Assembly (NCBI GenBank): GCA_012839205.1 | Contig: DUNT01000050.1 | Location: forward strand, 3,965-67,964 | Length of the DNA stretch: 64,000 nucleotides | DNA from: Clostridiaceae bacterium | GTDB lineage: Bacteria > Bacillota > Clostridia > DSM-8532 | Reading direction: 5' to 3' | Part shown: positions 32,325-42,027 of the stretch, in pieces | Numbering within the stretch: the stretch's first letter is position 1 | Layout of the letters: each line of letters begins with the position of its first letter | Made by a program: the position numbers and the translations under genes | The notes under the pieces: generated by a model | What the model was told of the DNA's origin: nothing | What the model saw: only the letters and a program-made list of their open reading frames with translations | Databases searched by the model: none

Positions 32325-35300
32325 ATGTTTGAGTTAAACAATTTTGATGCTATAAAAATAGGTCTTGCCTCCCCGGAAAAAATCCGTGAATGGTCAAGAG
32401 GAGAGGTTAAGAAGCCTGAAACCATTAACTACAGGACTTTAAAACCCGAGCGTGACGGCTTATTCTGTGAAAGGATTTTTGGTCCCACAAGGGATTGGGA
32501 GTGTCATTGTGGTAAGTATAAGCGAGTCAGATATAAAGGGATAATCTGTGACAGGTGCGGTGTAGAAGTAACCCGTTCAAAAGTGCGCCGTGAACGGATG
32601 GGGCATATTGAACTGGCTGCTCCTGTTTCTCATATATGGTATTTTAAAGGGATACCCAGCCGTATGGGCCTTTTGTTGGACATGTCTCCCAGAGCTCTTG
32701 AAAAGGTACTATATTTTGCTTCGTATGTTGTTATTGACCCCGGAAGCACTCCTCTTTCTCAAAAACAGGTATTAAACGAGAAAGAATACCGGGAAAGTAT
32801 TGAGAAGTTTGGAAGTAATTTCAGAGCCGGTATGGGTGCTGAGGCAATTAAAGAGCTTCTAGCAACAATGGATCTTGATACAAATGCGAATGAGCTCAGG
32901 GAAGAAATAGAGACCTCAAACGGACAAAAGAAAATCCGGGCTATTAAACGCCTTGAAGTCGTAGAAGCATTCCGACTATCGGGGAATAAACCCGAATGGA
33001 TGATTCTGGATGTAGTTCCTGTTATCCCTCCTGAGCTGCGTCCCATGGTTCAGCTGGACGGCGGACGTTTTGCCACATCTGACTTGAATGACCTTTACAG
33101 AAGAGTTATAAATCGAAACAACCGTCTCAAAAGATTGTTGGATTTAGGCGCCCCGGAGATAATTGTCAGAAATGAAAAGCGTATGCTGCAGGAAGCTGTA
33201 GATGCACTTATTGATAATGGTCGTCGTGGTCGCCCTGTAACTGGCCCGGGTAACCGCCCGTTAAAATCCCTTTCGGATATGTTAAAGGGAAAACAAGGCC
33301 GTTTCCGTCAAAACCTTTTAGGAAAGCGTGTTGACTACTCAGGTCGATCGGTTATCGTGGTGGGTCCCGAACTGAAAATTTATCAGTGCGGCCTTCCAAA
33401 GGAAATGGCATTGGAGCTTTTCAAGCCCTTCGTTATGAAGAAACTTGTAGAAGGCGGCCTTGCTCATAATATAAAGAGCGCAAAGCGTATGGTTGAACGT
33501 GTAAAGCCGGAAGTATGGGACGTTTTGGAAGAGGTTATAAAAGGGCATCCTGTACTTTTAAACCGTGCTCCTACACTGCACAGACTTGGTATCCAGGCAT
33601 TTGAACCTGTATTGGTAGAGGGCCGTGCAATTAAACTCCATCCTCTGGTTTGTACTGCCTACAATGCAGACTTTGACGGAGACCAAATGGCTGTTCACGT
33701 TCCTTTATCAGCCGAAGCCCAAGCAGAGGCCCGAATTTTGATGCTATCGGCCAACAACCTGTTAAAGCCACAGGATGGTAAACCTGTTACTGTTCCTACT
33801 CAGGACATGGTATTGGGCAGCTACTATCTTACTATAGAAAAGAAGGCTGAATATGATGCGGATGGAAATGTTACCAATGGAGTTATAGGTGAGGGTAATT
33901 CTTTCTGCAGCCCGGAAGAAGCCATAATGGCTTATCAGACTAATTTACTCAGTCTGCATGCCCGGATTAAGGTTAAAGTTAAAAGAGAAGTTGACGGTGT
34001 TATGAAAAGTAAGATTGTTGAAACCACCGTTGGAAAAATTATATTTAACGAGGCTGTACCTCAGAACCTGGGATATGTTGACAGAACTAATCCAGAAACT
34101 ATGTTTGATTTCGAAGTTGACTTCTTAGTTGGCAAGAAGGAATTGGGTAAGATTATTGAGCGTTGCATTAATGTCAACGGTTCCAACAAGACAGCTGAGG
34201 TTCTTGACAAAATCAAGACCTTAGGATTTAAGTACTCGACAAAGGGTGCTGTAACCATTGGCGTTACCGATATGACTATACCTGAAGTTAAACAGAGGTA
34301 TTTGGACGAGACTGATAAAAAAGTTGATGAAATCGAGAGACATTATAAAAATGGTCTGTATAACAGGGATGAACGGAAGAGAGCTATTATTTCAGCCTGG
34401 AACAAAACCACAGAGGATATTAAAAATGCTCTGATTGCCTCATTGGACCGTTTCAATCCTGTGTACATGATGTCTCAGTCGGGTGCCCGTGGTAATATCA
34501 ACCAGATCAGACAATTAGGAGGCATGCGGGGACTTATGGCAGATACTTCCGGAGAGACTCTTGAGATTCCAATAAGATCAAACTTCCGTGAAGGTCTCAA
34601 CGTTTTGGAATACTTTATATCAACCCACGGGGCCAGAAAAGGTCTGGCAGATACAGCTCTTCGTACCGCTGACTCGGGATACCTTACACGTCGTCTGGTT
34701 GACGTAGCCCAGGAGGTTATTATCCGTGAAGAGGACTGTGGTACCGATGAAGGTATAGATATTTCACCTATTGTAATTAGCGGGAAAACAATAGAAAGAT
34801 TAGCTGAACGGCTGACTGGCCGGTATTCTTCCAAGGAAATCACCGATCCAAATACCGGAGAGGTTATTGTTGAAGAAAATCAGCTTATAACTGAAGAGCT
34901 TGCAGAAAAAATTGAGAAAGCCGGTTATAAGAAAGTAAGTATCCGTTCGGTATTAACCTGCTGTTCCAGAGTAGGTGTTTGCGCTAAATGCTATGGCATT
35001 AATCTGGCCAATGGCGAGAAATGCAACGCGGGTGAAGCGGTTGGCTTTATCGCTGCTCAGTCGATAGGCGAGCCGGGAACCCAGCTTACCATGCGTACCT
35101 TCCATACAGGAGGTGTTGCCGGTGAGGACATTACACAGGGTCTGCCCCGTGTTGAGGAACTATTTGAAGCCCGTAAGCCTAAAGGATTGGCAATAGTATC
35201 CGAAATAGCAGGTACCGTTCATATTAAGGAATCCAAGAAGAAGAGGGAGATAGAGGTTGTTAATAATGAGACTGGCGAAGTCAAAACATACCTTATCCCA

Positions 35301-35867
35301 TATGGGTCCTCAATTAAGGTTATGGACGGGGAAGAAATTGAAGCTGGTGACGAGCTTACAGAAGGTTCAGTCAACCCTCACGACATCTTGAAGATTAAAG
35401 GTGTCCAGGCTGTGCAGAGATATCTTCTGCAGGAGGTTCAGAAGGTTTACAGACTTCAGGGTGTTGATATAAACGATAAGCATATTGAGGTTATTGTCCG
35501 TCAAATGCTTCGAAAGGTAAAGATTGATGATTCCGGAGATACCGACATGTTGCCGGGCAGTCTTGTTGATATGTTTGAATTTGAAGACAAGAACAAATCT
35601 GCTGAAGAACAGGGTTTAAGACCTGCAACAGGAAAGCGTGCACTATTGGGTATTACCAAGGCATCCCTTGCCACTGAGTCATTCTTATCGGCTGCATCAT
35701 TCCAGGAGACCACCAGGGTTCTGACAGAGGCGGCTATAAAAGGCAAGATTGACCCGTTAATTGGTCTTAAGGAGAATATCATTATTGGTAAACTTATTCC
35801 TGCGGGTACAGGTCTTTCAAAATACCGGGATATTGATGTGGACATCAACGAAGTTGAAGTAAGTTAA
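32325..35867 (+). CDS. rpoC: DNA-directed RNA polymerase beta' subunit
   Basis: 1180 aa with a Zn finger [23 protein letters not shown] and the catalytic [12 protein letters not shown] motif. Confidence 0.98.
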   Translation: MFELNNFDAIKIGLASPEKIREWSRGEVKKPETINYRTLKPERDGLFCERIFGPTRDWECHCGKYKRVRYKGIICDRCGVEVTRSKVRRERMGHIELAAPVSHIWYFKGIPSRMGLLLDMSPRALEKVLYFASYVVIDPGSTPLSQKQVLNEKEYRESIEKFGSNFRAGMGAEAIKELLATMDLDTNANELREEIETSNGQKKIRAIKRLEVVEAFRLSGNKPEWMILDVVPVIPPELRPMVQLDGGRFATSDLNDLYRRVINRNNRLKRLLDLGAPEIIVRNEKRMLQEAVDALIDNGRRGRPVTGPGNRPLKSLSDMLKGKQGRFRQNLLGKRVDYSGRSVIVVGPELKIYQCGLPKEMALELFKPFVMKKLVEGGLAHNIKSAKRMVERVKPEVWDVLEEVIKGHPVLLNRAPTLHRLGIQAFEPVLVEGRAIKLHPLVCTAYNADFDGDQMAVHVPLSAEAQAEARILMLSANNLLKPQDGKPVTVPTQDMVLGSYYLTIEKKAEYDADGNVTNGVIGEGNSFCSPEEAIMAYQTNLLSLHARIKVKVKREVDGVMKSKIVETTVGKIIFNEAVPQNLGYVDRTNPETMFDFEVDFLVGKKELGKIIERCINVNGSNKTAEVLDKIKTLGFKYSTKGAVTIGVTDMTIPEVKQRYLDETDKKVDEIERHYKNGLYNRDERKRAIISAWNKTTEDIKNALIASLDRFNPVYMMSQSGARGNINQIRQLGGMRGLMADTSGETLEIPIRSNFREGLNVLEYFISTHGARKGLADTALRTADSGYLTRRLVDVAQEVIIREEDCGTDEGIDISPIVISGKTIERLAERLTGRYSSKEITDPNTGEVIVEENQLITEELAEKIEKAGYKKVSIRSVLTCCSRVGVCAKCYGINLANGEKCNAGEAVGFIAAQSIGEPGTQLTMRTFHTGGVAGEDITQGLPRVEELFEARKPKGLAIVSEIAGTVHIKESKKKREIEVVNNETGEVKTYLIPYGSSIKVMDGEEIEAGDELTEGSVNPHDILKIKGVQAVQRYLLQEVQKVYRLQGVDINDKHIEVIVRQMLRKVKIDDSGDTDMLPGSLVDMFEFEDKNKSAEEQGLRPATGKRALLGITKASLATESFLSAASFQETTRVLTEAAIKGKIDPLIGLKENIIIGKLIPAGTGLSKYRDIDVDINEVEVS

Positions 35868-36011
35868 AAAATATATGAGGGCTGTTTGCCCGGTTGTTAT
35901 TCTTATTCCTGTGCGGGAGCGGGTATCCTTAAGCGGCGTACTTTATCCTGCTCTACAGGCGCAGTATAATTAACCGGACACGCAGTCCTTTTTCTTTATA
36001 ATAAATTAATT

Positions 36012-36119
36012 TTCCCTCTTGAGGCAAATGCAGGAGGGGCAAAAGTTATTGCAACAGGCAGGTGCGACTATCCCAACCAGATTAATAATGTGCTGGCATT
36101 AAATATCAGGAAGGCATAA
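36012..36119 (+). pseudogene. Remnant of the 3' end of a malic enzyme (malate dehydrogenase, decarboxylating) gene
   Basis: Hand translation gives [35 protein letters not shown]. This contains the conserved malic-enzyme block ATGRSD(Y/F)PNQ(I/V)NNVLA (recalled). There is no upstream coding continuation, and a terminator hairpin follows directly. Confidence 0.5.
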
Positions 36120-36137
36120 AGCCTTCCTTCTTTGTTT
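36108..36137 (+). terminator. Rho-independent terminator (AGGAAGGC-ATAAA-GCCTTCCT plus TCTTTGTTT)
   Basis: Perfect 8-bp GC-rich stem plus a T-tract. It sits between the malic-enzyme remnant and the convergent minus-strand ORF. Confidence 0.7.
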
Positions 36138-36513
36138 ATGCCGTGTATTCCTTCCGGCGAACAAACCTGGAACATGCTTTTTTCATACTGCCATCGCATT
36201 TCCTTACTGAAAACATTTCGCAAACACCATATGTATTTATGTGTTCATGTGGGTGGAATATAAAGAATTCACAATCACTGCAACGGTAAAAATCGAGTTT
36301 TCTGAAATCATCCATTACAAAATATTGATGTGATAAGCAGCAGTAGTCCTGGGATACTATACCCTTTTCACGGCAAAGGATATCATTGGTAATACCTATG
36401 TGTTTACCCTTGATACAGTTTTTGCAGGATTTCTTTTCGGGGTTTTTAGCCATAGAAGGCTTGACCTTTTCCTTTAAATCCAGGGGTACCGTTTTCATTT
36501 GCAGAATTACCAT
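36136..36513 (-). CDS. Hypothetical Cys/His-rich small protein
   Basis: 125 aa with 12 Cys, including CKNC, CC and CSDC pairs, and a HPHEH segment. No family recognised. Confidence 0.5.
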   Translation of the reverse strand: MVILQMKTVPLDLKEKVKPSMAKNPEKKSCKNCIKGKHIGITNDILCREKGIVSQDYCCLSHQYFVMDDFRKLDFYRCSDCEFFIFHPHEHINTYGVCEMFSVRKCDGSMKKACSRFVRRKEYTA

Positions 36514-36628
36514 CCTTATACAAATTCTTCCTTAAAATTATAACATATTACCCAGCTATAGCCTTAAAATTACAGGGACTGTATTGTTTTTGCCAATTTT
36601 AATGTATAATTATTAAAAAGCTGATGAG

Positions 36629-37123
36629 GTGGAAGAAATGCCAAAAATATATCGCATCAGATATATCCCTCCTGAAACTATTGATTTGTCTTCAGATAAA
36701 TTATTGTATCGTGATAATAAATACCTCATTACAAAATGGATTCCTATTAAACCCAGAAATGATATAAAAAGCGGTATATCATGTGTTTTTTTAGAGAAGG
36801 GCTGGAAGATAAGTGCGTTTTTTGGGCAGGACAATGAAATTATTTACTGGTATTGCGATATTGTTGATATCAATTTCGATAAAAAAGCTGATATTTATTA
36901 TTTATATGATTTGCTTACCGATATCAAAATAATGCCGGACGGCCGGGTTGAAATAATCGATTTGGATGAGCTGGCAATAGCTTTTGAGAATAATCTTATT
37001 ACCAGGGAACAATTAATAATGTCGCTTAAGCAAAGCAGCAGTCTTTTAGATCTAATCTATACTCACAATTTTCCGGAGTGTATCAGGAAAATAATAAATA
37101 GACTTACGGGTATTGGGTTGTAA
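36629..37123 (+). CDS. DUF402 family protein (nucleoside di/triphosphatase-like)
   Basis: 164 aa. The pattern YWYCDIVDI...LYDLLTDIKIMPDGRVEIIDLDEL resembles the DUF402/FomD-like fold signature (recalled). Confidence 0.6.
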   Translation: MEEMPKIYRIRYIPPETIDLSSDKLLYRDNKYLITKWIPIKPRNDIKSGISCVFLEKGWKISAFFGQDNEIIYWYCDIVDINFDKKADIYYLYDLLTDIKIMPDGRVEIIDLDELAIAFENNLITREQLIMSLKQSSSLLDLIYTHNFPECIRKIINRLTGIGL

Positions 37124-37212
37124 AACATATCGTATATTAGTTTCAGAAAAACATTCTGTCAGCTGGGATTTGTCTGCAGGAAAGATTGTACTGCCAAAGA
37201 AGCAAATATATC

Positions 37213-37830
37213 TTACTCCAATTCCGGGATATCTAAAATATAATAGCCGGTTGCGTCAATTACCATTGTATCTATGTATTTAACTAAACGCGGGGTTCGT
37301 CCGAACTTGAGGTGCATATGACCGTGGAGGAAATAACGGGGTTTATACTTATCTATCAGCGACACGAAGGACTTGAACCCGGTATGACAGATATCATCCC
37401 CGTCATTGATTCCATAGGCCGGAGCATGGGTAACCAGGATATCAAAGCCTTTTTTTGAATAAAGCTGGTATTTTAGTTTCCTTATTCTTTTAGCCATTTG
37501 TCTTTCAGTATACTGGAACGGCGGAGCTGAATACTTACTATGATAGCCATATTTCATGCTGCCACCTAACCCGAGTATACGAAGACCTTTAAACAAAACC
37601 AGTTTATCTTCGATGCTGTCGCACCCTCCGGGAGGATTGTCAATGTATTCTGTATCATGATTGCCATGTACATAGAATACAGGTGCATGAATCATGCTAG
37701 CAATATAAGAAAGATAGTTGCTTCTCAGGTCTCCACAAGAAATCACAAGATCAATATTCTCAAAATGCTCAGCATCAAAGTGCTCCCAGATGTATTCACT
37801 TTCAGTATCTGACATAATTAATATACGCAT
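37213..37830 (-). CDS. Metallophosphoesterase (calcineurin-like)
   Basis: MRILIMSDTE, SCGDL, VHGNHD and GHMH metal-binding motifs occur in the canonical order. The Met at 37830 is preferred to 37854. Confidence 0.8.
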   Translation of the reverse strand: MRILIMSDTESEYIWEHFDAEHFENIDLVISCGDLRSNYLSYIASMIHAPVFYVHGNHDTEYIDNPPGGCDSIEDKLVLFKGLRILGLGGSMKYGYHSKYSAPPFQYTERQMAKRIRKLKYQLYSKKGFDILVTHAPAYGINDGDDICHTGFKSFVSLIDKYKPRYFLHGHMHLKFGRTPRLVKYIDTMVIDATGYYILDIPELE

Positions 37831-37997
37831 CTGATAACCCCGTTTTAACAACACTGCCCCTTTATGTAGATAGTGGTATTATAATCCATTAGGCAAATAA
37901 TCTCAAGGGAAAAACTTAAAACAATTGATATAAAATGATACAATAGTTATAAAGCAAAAGATTAATTATGCTTATTAGCAATGCCAGGAGCTGGAAT

Positions 37998-38327
37998 ATG
38001 GACAAGGAATCTTTTATGAAAGCCGTTTCATATAATGAAAAAGGCCTGATACCTGTGATTACTCAAGATCAGCATACAAAAGAAGTATTAATGCTGGCCT
38101 GGATGAACGAGGAAGCTTTAAGGCTTACTCTTGAAAAGAGAAGAATGGTATATTACAGCAGAAGCCGAAGGAAACTCTGGTTGAAGGGTGAAACATCAGG
38201 CCATTTTCAAAACTTGGTTTCAATTTCTGTTGACTGTGATGGTGATACTCTTTTAGCCAGAGTAATTCAGGAAGGGGCTGCATGCCACACAGGAAACAGG
38301 ACCTGCTTTTTCAGGAGTCTTGAGTAA
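37998..38327 (+). CDS. hisI: Phosphoribosyl-AMP cyclohydrolase
   Basis: GLIPVITQD...LWLKGETSGHFQ...VDCDGDTLL...ACHTG motifs. The ATG at 37998 lies 7 nt after AGGAG. Confidence 0.88.
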   Translation: MDKESFMKAVSYNEKGLIPVITQDQHTKEVLMLAWMNEEALRLTLEKRRMVYYSRSRRKLWLKGETSGHFQNLVSISVDCDGDTLLARVIQEGAACHTGNRTCFFRSLE

Positions 38328-38397
38328 TAAGAATTGGATTTGATAAGTATTTGCAGTAATGCAGGTTCAGATTAAAATAACAGGAAGGGATTTTGTT

Positions 38398-38685
38398 ATG
38401 AGCGAAAAATTCAATATTTTAGATGAGATTTTTTACATTGTTACTGACAGAAAGGCTAATCCCAGAGATGGGTCCTATACAAATTATCTTTTTGATAAGG
38501 GTATAGATAAAATTTGCAAAAAAATCGGAGAAGAAGCTTCAGAAGTAATAATTGCAGCTAAAAACAATTCCCCGGAGGAAATCCGATATGAGGCAGCCGA
38601 TCTTTTGTATCACCTTACAGTTCTGCTGGTAAACCAAGGCCTTACCTGGGATGAGATTATGGAGGAGCTTAAGAAGAGAAGATAA
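38398..38685 (+). CDS. hisE: Phosphoribosyl-ATP pyrophosphatase
   Basis: SYTNYLFDKGIDKICKKIGEEASEVIIAAKN...EAADLLYHL (MazG-like HisE signature). Confidence 0.88.
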   Translation: MSEKFNILDEIFYIVTDRKANPRDGSYTNYLFDKGIDKICKKIGEEASEVIIAAKNNSPEEIRYEAADLLYHLTVLLVNQGLTWDEIMEELKKRR

Positions 38686-38703
38686 AAAAAGTTTATTAAT
38701 TAA

Positions 38704-38737
38704 TCAGCCGGAAGACTTTATTCTTCCGGCTGATTTG
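38704..38737 (+). terminator. Rho-independent terminator after hisE
   Basis: Perfect 12-bp stem TCAGCCGGAAGA-CTTTAT-TCTTCCGGCTGA followed by TTTG. Confidence 0.7.
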
Positions 38738-38790
38738 CATATTTAGGATACAATGAAATAAAAATACTAAAATATCATATAATTATACTA

Positions 38791-38819
38791 TTGTAATAAA
38801 TTCAACAAAATGTTACAAT
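38791..38819 (+). promoter_or_regulatory. Candidate promoter of the kinase/Tad-like operon (TTGTAA-17 nt-TACAAT)
   Basis: -35 at 38791-38796, 17-nt spacer, -10 at 38814-38819, in an AT-rich 250-nt spacer. The leader is about 170 nt. Confidence 0.45.
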
Positions 38820-38989
38820 ACTTTACAGCTACCATTAAAAAGTGAAATTTTGTAAGGATAATTAAGATTTCCCTCATCTTTTGATGGCGGGTAAGGATTA
38901 TTATTGCCAGCAGGATATATCTCCCATTCCGAGTTAACCACCTCACCCGACAGAAATCTTTAATCTTGGTAACTGTTGAGGTTGTCATA

Positions 38990-40414
38990 ATGATAAAAGG
39001 AGATACTATTGCTGAGAAATATAGGATTGTCGAATGTTTGGGCGAGGGAGGCACTTCAGCTGTATATCTTGCAGAAAATATAGCATTAAATAATCTCTGG
39101 GCAATTAAAGTTCTATCTAAAAGCAGCCGCTGGATTTCTTTTGATGTGGATGAAATAGGAATACTAAAAAATCTTAGCCATCCTATGTTACCAAGAATAG
39201 CTGATTTAACAGAGGATTCGGATAATTATTACATAGTTATGGACTACTTTTCGGGCTCAAATTTACTGAAAATAATAGAGTGCCAGGGAAGAATCTCTGA
39301 AAGAACGCTACTTAAATGGACAAAGGATATATTGAATGTACTAAGATATCTTCACAGCAGAACACCCCCTGTAATATACAGGGATTTAAAGCCTGCAAAT
39401 CTGATTGTGGATGACTCAGACCAATTAAGGCTTGTTGATTTTGGTACTGCCAGATACTACTCTGATGAAATATCAGAAGATACGGTCTACATCGGTACTC
39501 AAGGCTATGCGGCACCGGAACAGTATGGAATCGGGCAGACTGATCAGAGAACGGATCTTTACAGCCTGGGCATGACAATTATTCATCTTGCTACAGGAAT
39601 TCATCCTGTAAAGCTAGGTTCGGACAGTATAAGAGATTCACTTAGAAAAGCAGGTATCACACAAAATTTCATACGTTTTGTTTTAAAACTTACACAAACC
39701 GATCCATTAAAAAGGTTTCAGACCTGTGAAAAAGCCATTGAAGAACTGGACAGAATAATGAACCCCGAAAGACAATTTTTAAAGAATTACATTGCGAAAA
39801 AAGCCAAGAAAAACTTCAGGGGAGTAATAGCAATTGCTTCGGTGCTGCCGGCAAGCGGGGTAACAAGTCTGTGCCTTGCCATTGGGAAACACTTGTCAGA
39901 TAACAAAGTCAATTCTGTATTGGTTGAACTTAATTCCAGCGGGGATTTTAACAGAATGAGACAGTACCTGGATGAGCTGGGAGAAGTAAAATATCAAAGT
40001 GATAACCGGTTTGAAACTAATAATCTTATATTCTATCCCAATGCATCAGACTTCGGGGAGGTATCCAGAAAAGGCATCGATGCTGTAATCCTTGATGTTG
40101 GACAACTGAATGCTGAAAGAAAAATCAGCCAATTCAATCATGCTGATATCAGAATCGTTGTGTGTCCGTGTATGCCATGGAAATATGATCTTTTTTCAGA
40201 ATGTAACAAGAATATTGAGTCCTCGACAAAAAATGAATGGATATATGCGGCAAGTGTTACCCAAAGCTATGAAGGACAAAAATTAAAAAAACTTCTGGGC
40301 AGCAATAAACTGGTATTGTATTCCGCTGTTAAAAACCCTTTTTATCTGAGTATAGAAGAGCATAAGCGTATAGGGACTGCGCTTAATAAAATATGTGCAT
40401 TAGCAGGTAAATAG
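38990..40414 (+). CDS. Hanks-type Ser/Thr protein kinase fused to a C-terminal MinD/ParA(TadZ)-like domain lacking a P-loop
   Basis: Kinase motifs occur in order: LGEGGTSAVY, WAIKVL, YRDLKPANL, DFGTAR, GYAAPEQ. The C-terminal ~190 aa (FRGVIAIASVLPASGVTSLCLAIG...IDAVILDVG) has the beta-helix-beta layout of MinD/ParA, but ASGVTS replaces GKGGxGKT. The ATG at 38990 lies 9 nt after GAGG. Confidence 0.8.
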   Translation: MIKGDTIAEKYRIVECLGEGGTSAVYLAENIALNNLWAIKVLSKSSRWISFDVDEIGILKNLSHPMLPRIADLTEDSDNYYIVMDYFSGSNLLKIIECQGRISERTLLKWTKDILNVLRYLHSRTPPVIYRDLKPANLIVDDSDQLRLVDFGTARYYSDEISEDTVYIGTQGYAAPEQYGIGQTDQRTDLYSLGMTIIHLATGIHPVKLGSDSIRDSLRKAGITQNFIRFVLKLTQTDPLKRFQTCEKAIEELDRIMNPERQFLKNYIAKKAKKNFRGVIAIASVLPASGVTSLCLAIGKHLSDNKVNSVLVELNSSGDFNRMRQYLDELGEVKYQSDNRFETNNLIFYPNASDFGEVSRKGIDAVILDVGQLNAERKISQFNHADIRIVVCPCMPWKYDLFSECNKNIESSTKNEWIYAASVTQSYEGQKLKKLLGSNKLVLYSAVKNPFYLSIEEHKRIGTALNKICALAGK

Positions 40415-40435
40415 TAAGTGTGAGGAGGTAAAAAG

Positions 40436-41368
40436 GTGATTCTAAGGCCACAACGTTATAGGATCCTACTGGGTTTTCTGGCGGGTCTTTCGCTTTCTGT
40501 AATTATTATAGGGGCAAGCTATCTTTACTATAGGAATAATACATACCAGCTGGCTGAACAAGAGAAGCTTGAAATCAGACGAATGGCAGTGGAAGAATAC
40601 ATACAAAACAATCCTACAAGTCTGGTATATACAGTTACAACAGATAAAAAGTCAGGAGAGGTTTTACTGGATAAAGATATTGCTCCTGCCGAAATAAATG
40701 CAGGCCTTATACCGGCCGATGCTGTTACTGATCCTTCTTTAGCTGTTGGTAAGGTAATAAGATGCAGTATTATGTCTAATACGATAATAACCGAATCTCT
40801 TATGTATGAAAAGCAGGATTATCCACATGATATGAGACTTATGGAATACTCGGTTTTGAACCTTCCACAAAAGCTTCAAAAATTTGAATTCATCGATATC
40901 AGAATCATGTTTCCAAATGGCCTGGATTATATTGTTCTTTCCAAAAAGCAGGTTACTGATTTAGAAAGATTGGAAGAAAACCAAAAAAACACAATATGGT
41001 TCCATGCCGGTGAGGAGGAAATACTCAGGATGGCCAGTGCTATTGTTGACGCAAGTATCGTAGAGGGTACTGTCCTGTATGCGGTACCGTATATAGCGCC
41101 GGAAATTCAGGATGAGGCAGTCAGAACATACCCGGTAAACCCCGGGGTGCAAAAACTGATTTTGGAAGACCCCAACATTATCAACAAAGCCGTGACAGAG
41201 CTGGAATCCCGCAATCGTGAATTGTTTGAGAAAAGAATTAACGAAGACTACCAGTATGCCGGGAGGAATAAAGTATTTGCTGAGAACAATAATGCAATTT
41301 CACCTGATGATTTTGAGAGTAAAGATATTGATTTGGTAACAGAGGCGAGTGTAGAAGATAATCTTTAG
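40436..41368 (+). CDS. CpaB/RcpC-like SAF-domain pilus assembly protein
   Basis: 310 aa with a GTG start after GGAGG and one N-terminal TM helix. A SAF-like segment follows (VYTVTTDKKSGEVLLDKDIAPAEINAGLIPADAVTDPSLAVGKVIRCSIMSNTIITESL), as in Flp-pilus CpaB proteins. Confidence 0.6.
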   Translation: MILRPQRYRILLGFLAGLSLSVIIIGASYLYYRNNTYQLAEQEKLEIRRMAVEEYIQNNPTSLVYTVTTDKKSGEVLLDKDIAPAEINAGLIPADAVTDPSLAVGKVIRCSIMSNTIITESLMYEKQDYPHDMRLMEYSVLNLPQKLQKFEFIDIRIMFPNGLDYIVLSKKQVTDLERLEENQKNTIWFHAGEEEILRMASAIVDASIVEGTVLYAVPYIAPEIQDEAVRTYPVNPGVQKLILEDPNIINKAVTELESRNRELFEKRINEDYQYAGRNKVFAENNNAISPDDFESKDIDLVTEASVEDNL

Positions 41369-41378
41369 GAGGTATTAA

Positions 41379-42026
41379 ATGAATGTAGTATTTCTGGGAG
41401 AGAGTACAGAGGCAAAACGGTTTTTAATATTATGCCTTGCTAAAATCGCATCATGCTATGCAAATATTACTGTATTATCCAAGAAACCATACTCATATGG
41501 TGAAATCACCGATGAATATGAGTATTGCGGGATTGATTTTGTACTGCTTAAAGATGGGGAAAACCCTCTGTCAAAGATTTCAGAGTCTGCCGGTAATTTT
41601 GTGGACGCAGAAGAATATATAGATGTCCCGGAGGATTTTAAGGTAATAGCAGTAAGTGAAACAACCAGAGATAAACTTGAAAGTTGCATAGAATTAGCCG
41701 GGGAGTATACCCGGTGTCATCCATCCTTAAATCTCTATATTGTCTACCTGAATATAATGGAGTACTGTAGAATTGGAAAACGATTCTTAAGCAGTTTCTG
41801 GGAGCATAGCTTACCTAGTACTATTGAGATTGCTGGTACTGATGAAATATACTTTGAAGAAAAAAACCATATTGTTATGATAGAAAGTCAGTATTTGAAC
41901 AGATTATCCATCAGAAGTTTGTCATTACCCATCAAAACAGTATTCAGGAATATAATCCTGTATATTTTTTCTTTAGACACCAAAGAAGTAAAAGCAGTGT
42001 TTAAAAGAGCTGAAAGGATGAAATAG
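41379..42026 (+). CDS. Hypothetical protein, possible P-loop-less MinD/TadZ-like module
   Basis: 215 aa behind an AGGAGG RBS. It starts with beta-strand/helix/beta-strand (VVFLGESTEAKRFLILCLAKIASCYANITVLS) but has no Walker A. Confidence 0.4.
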   Translation: MNVVFLGESTEAKRFLILCLAKIASCYANITVLSKKPYSYGEITDEYEYCGIDFVLLKDGENPLSKISESAGNFVDAEEYIDVPEDFKVIAVSETTRDKLESCIELAGEYTRCHPSLNLYIVYLNIMEYCRIGKRFLSSFWEHSLPSTIEIAGTDEIYFEEKNHIVMIESQYLNRLSIRSLSLPIKTVFRNIILYIFSLDTKEVKAVFKRAERMK

Positions 42027-42027
42027 G

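Noticed and set aside
5179-35848. Numerous 60-170-aa antisense or out-of-frame ORFs inside the ribosomal protein genes, secY, ecfA, rpoB and rpoC in the track
   Set aside because: All are nested within strongly supported conserved genes. They lack RBSs and have the compositions expected from antisense or shifted reading of coding DNA.
35868-36000. Rho-independent terminator directly after rpoC
   Set aside because: Only short 4-bp stems (GGGC/GCCC and GGAC/GTCC) are present, without a proper T-tract. That is not convincing. The first strong terminator is at 36108-36137.
38788-39054. 88-aa minus-strand ORF in the promoter/leader of the kinase gene
   Set aside because: It is AT-rich and low-complexity, antisense to the predicted promoter and to the kinase start, and has no RBS.
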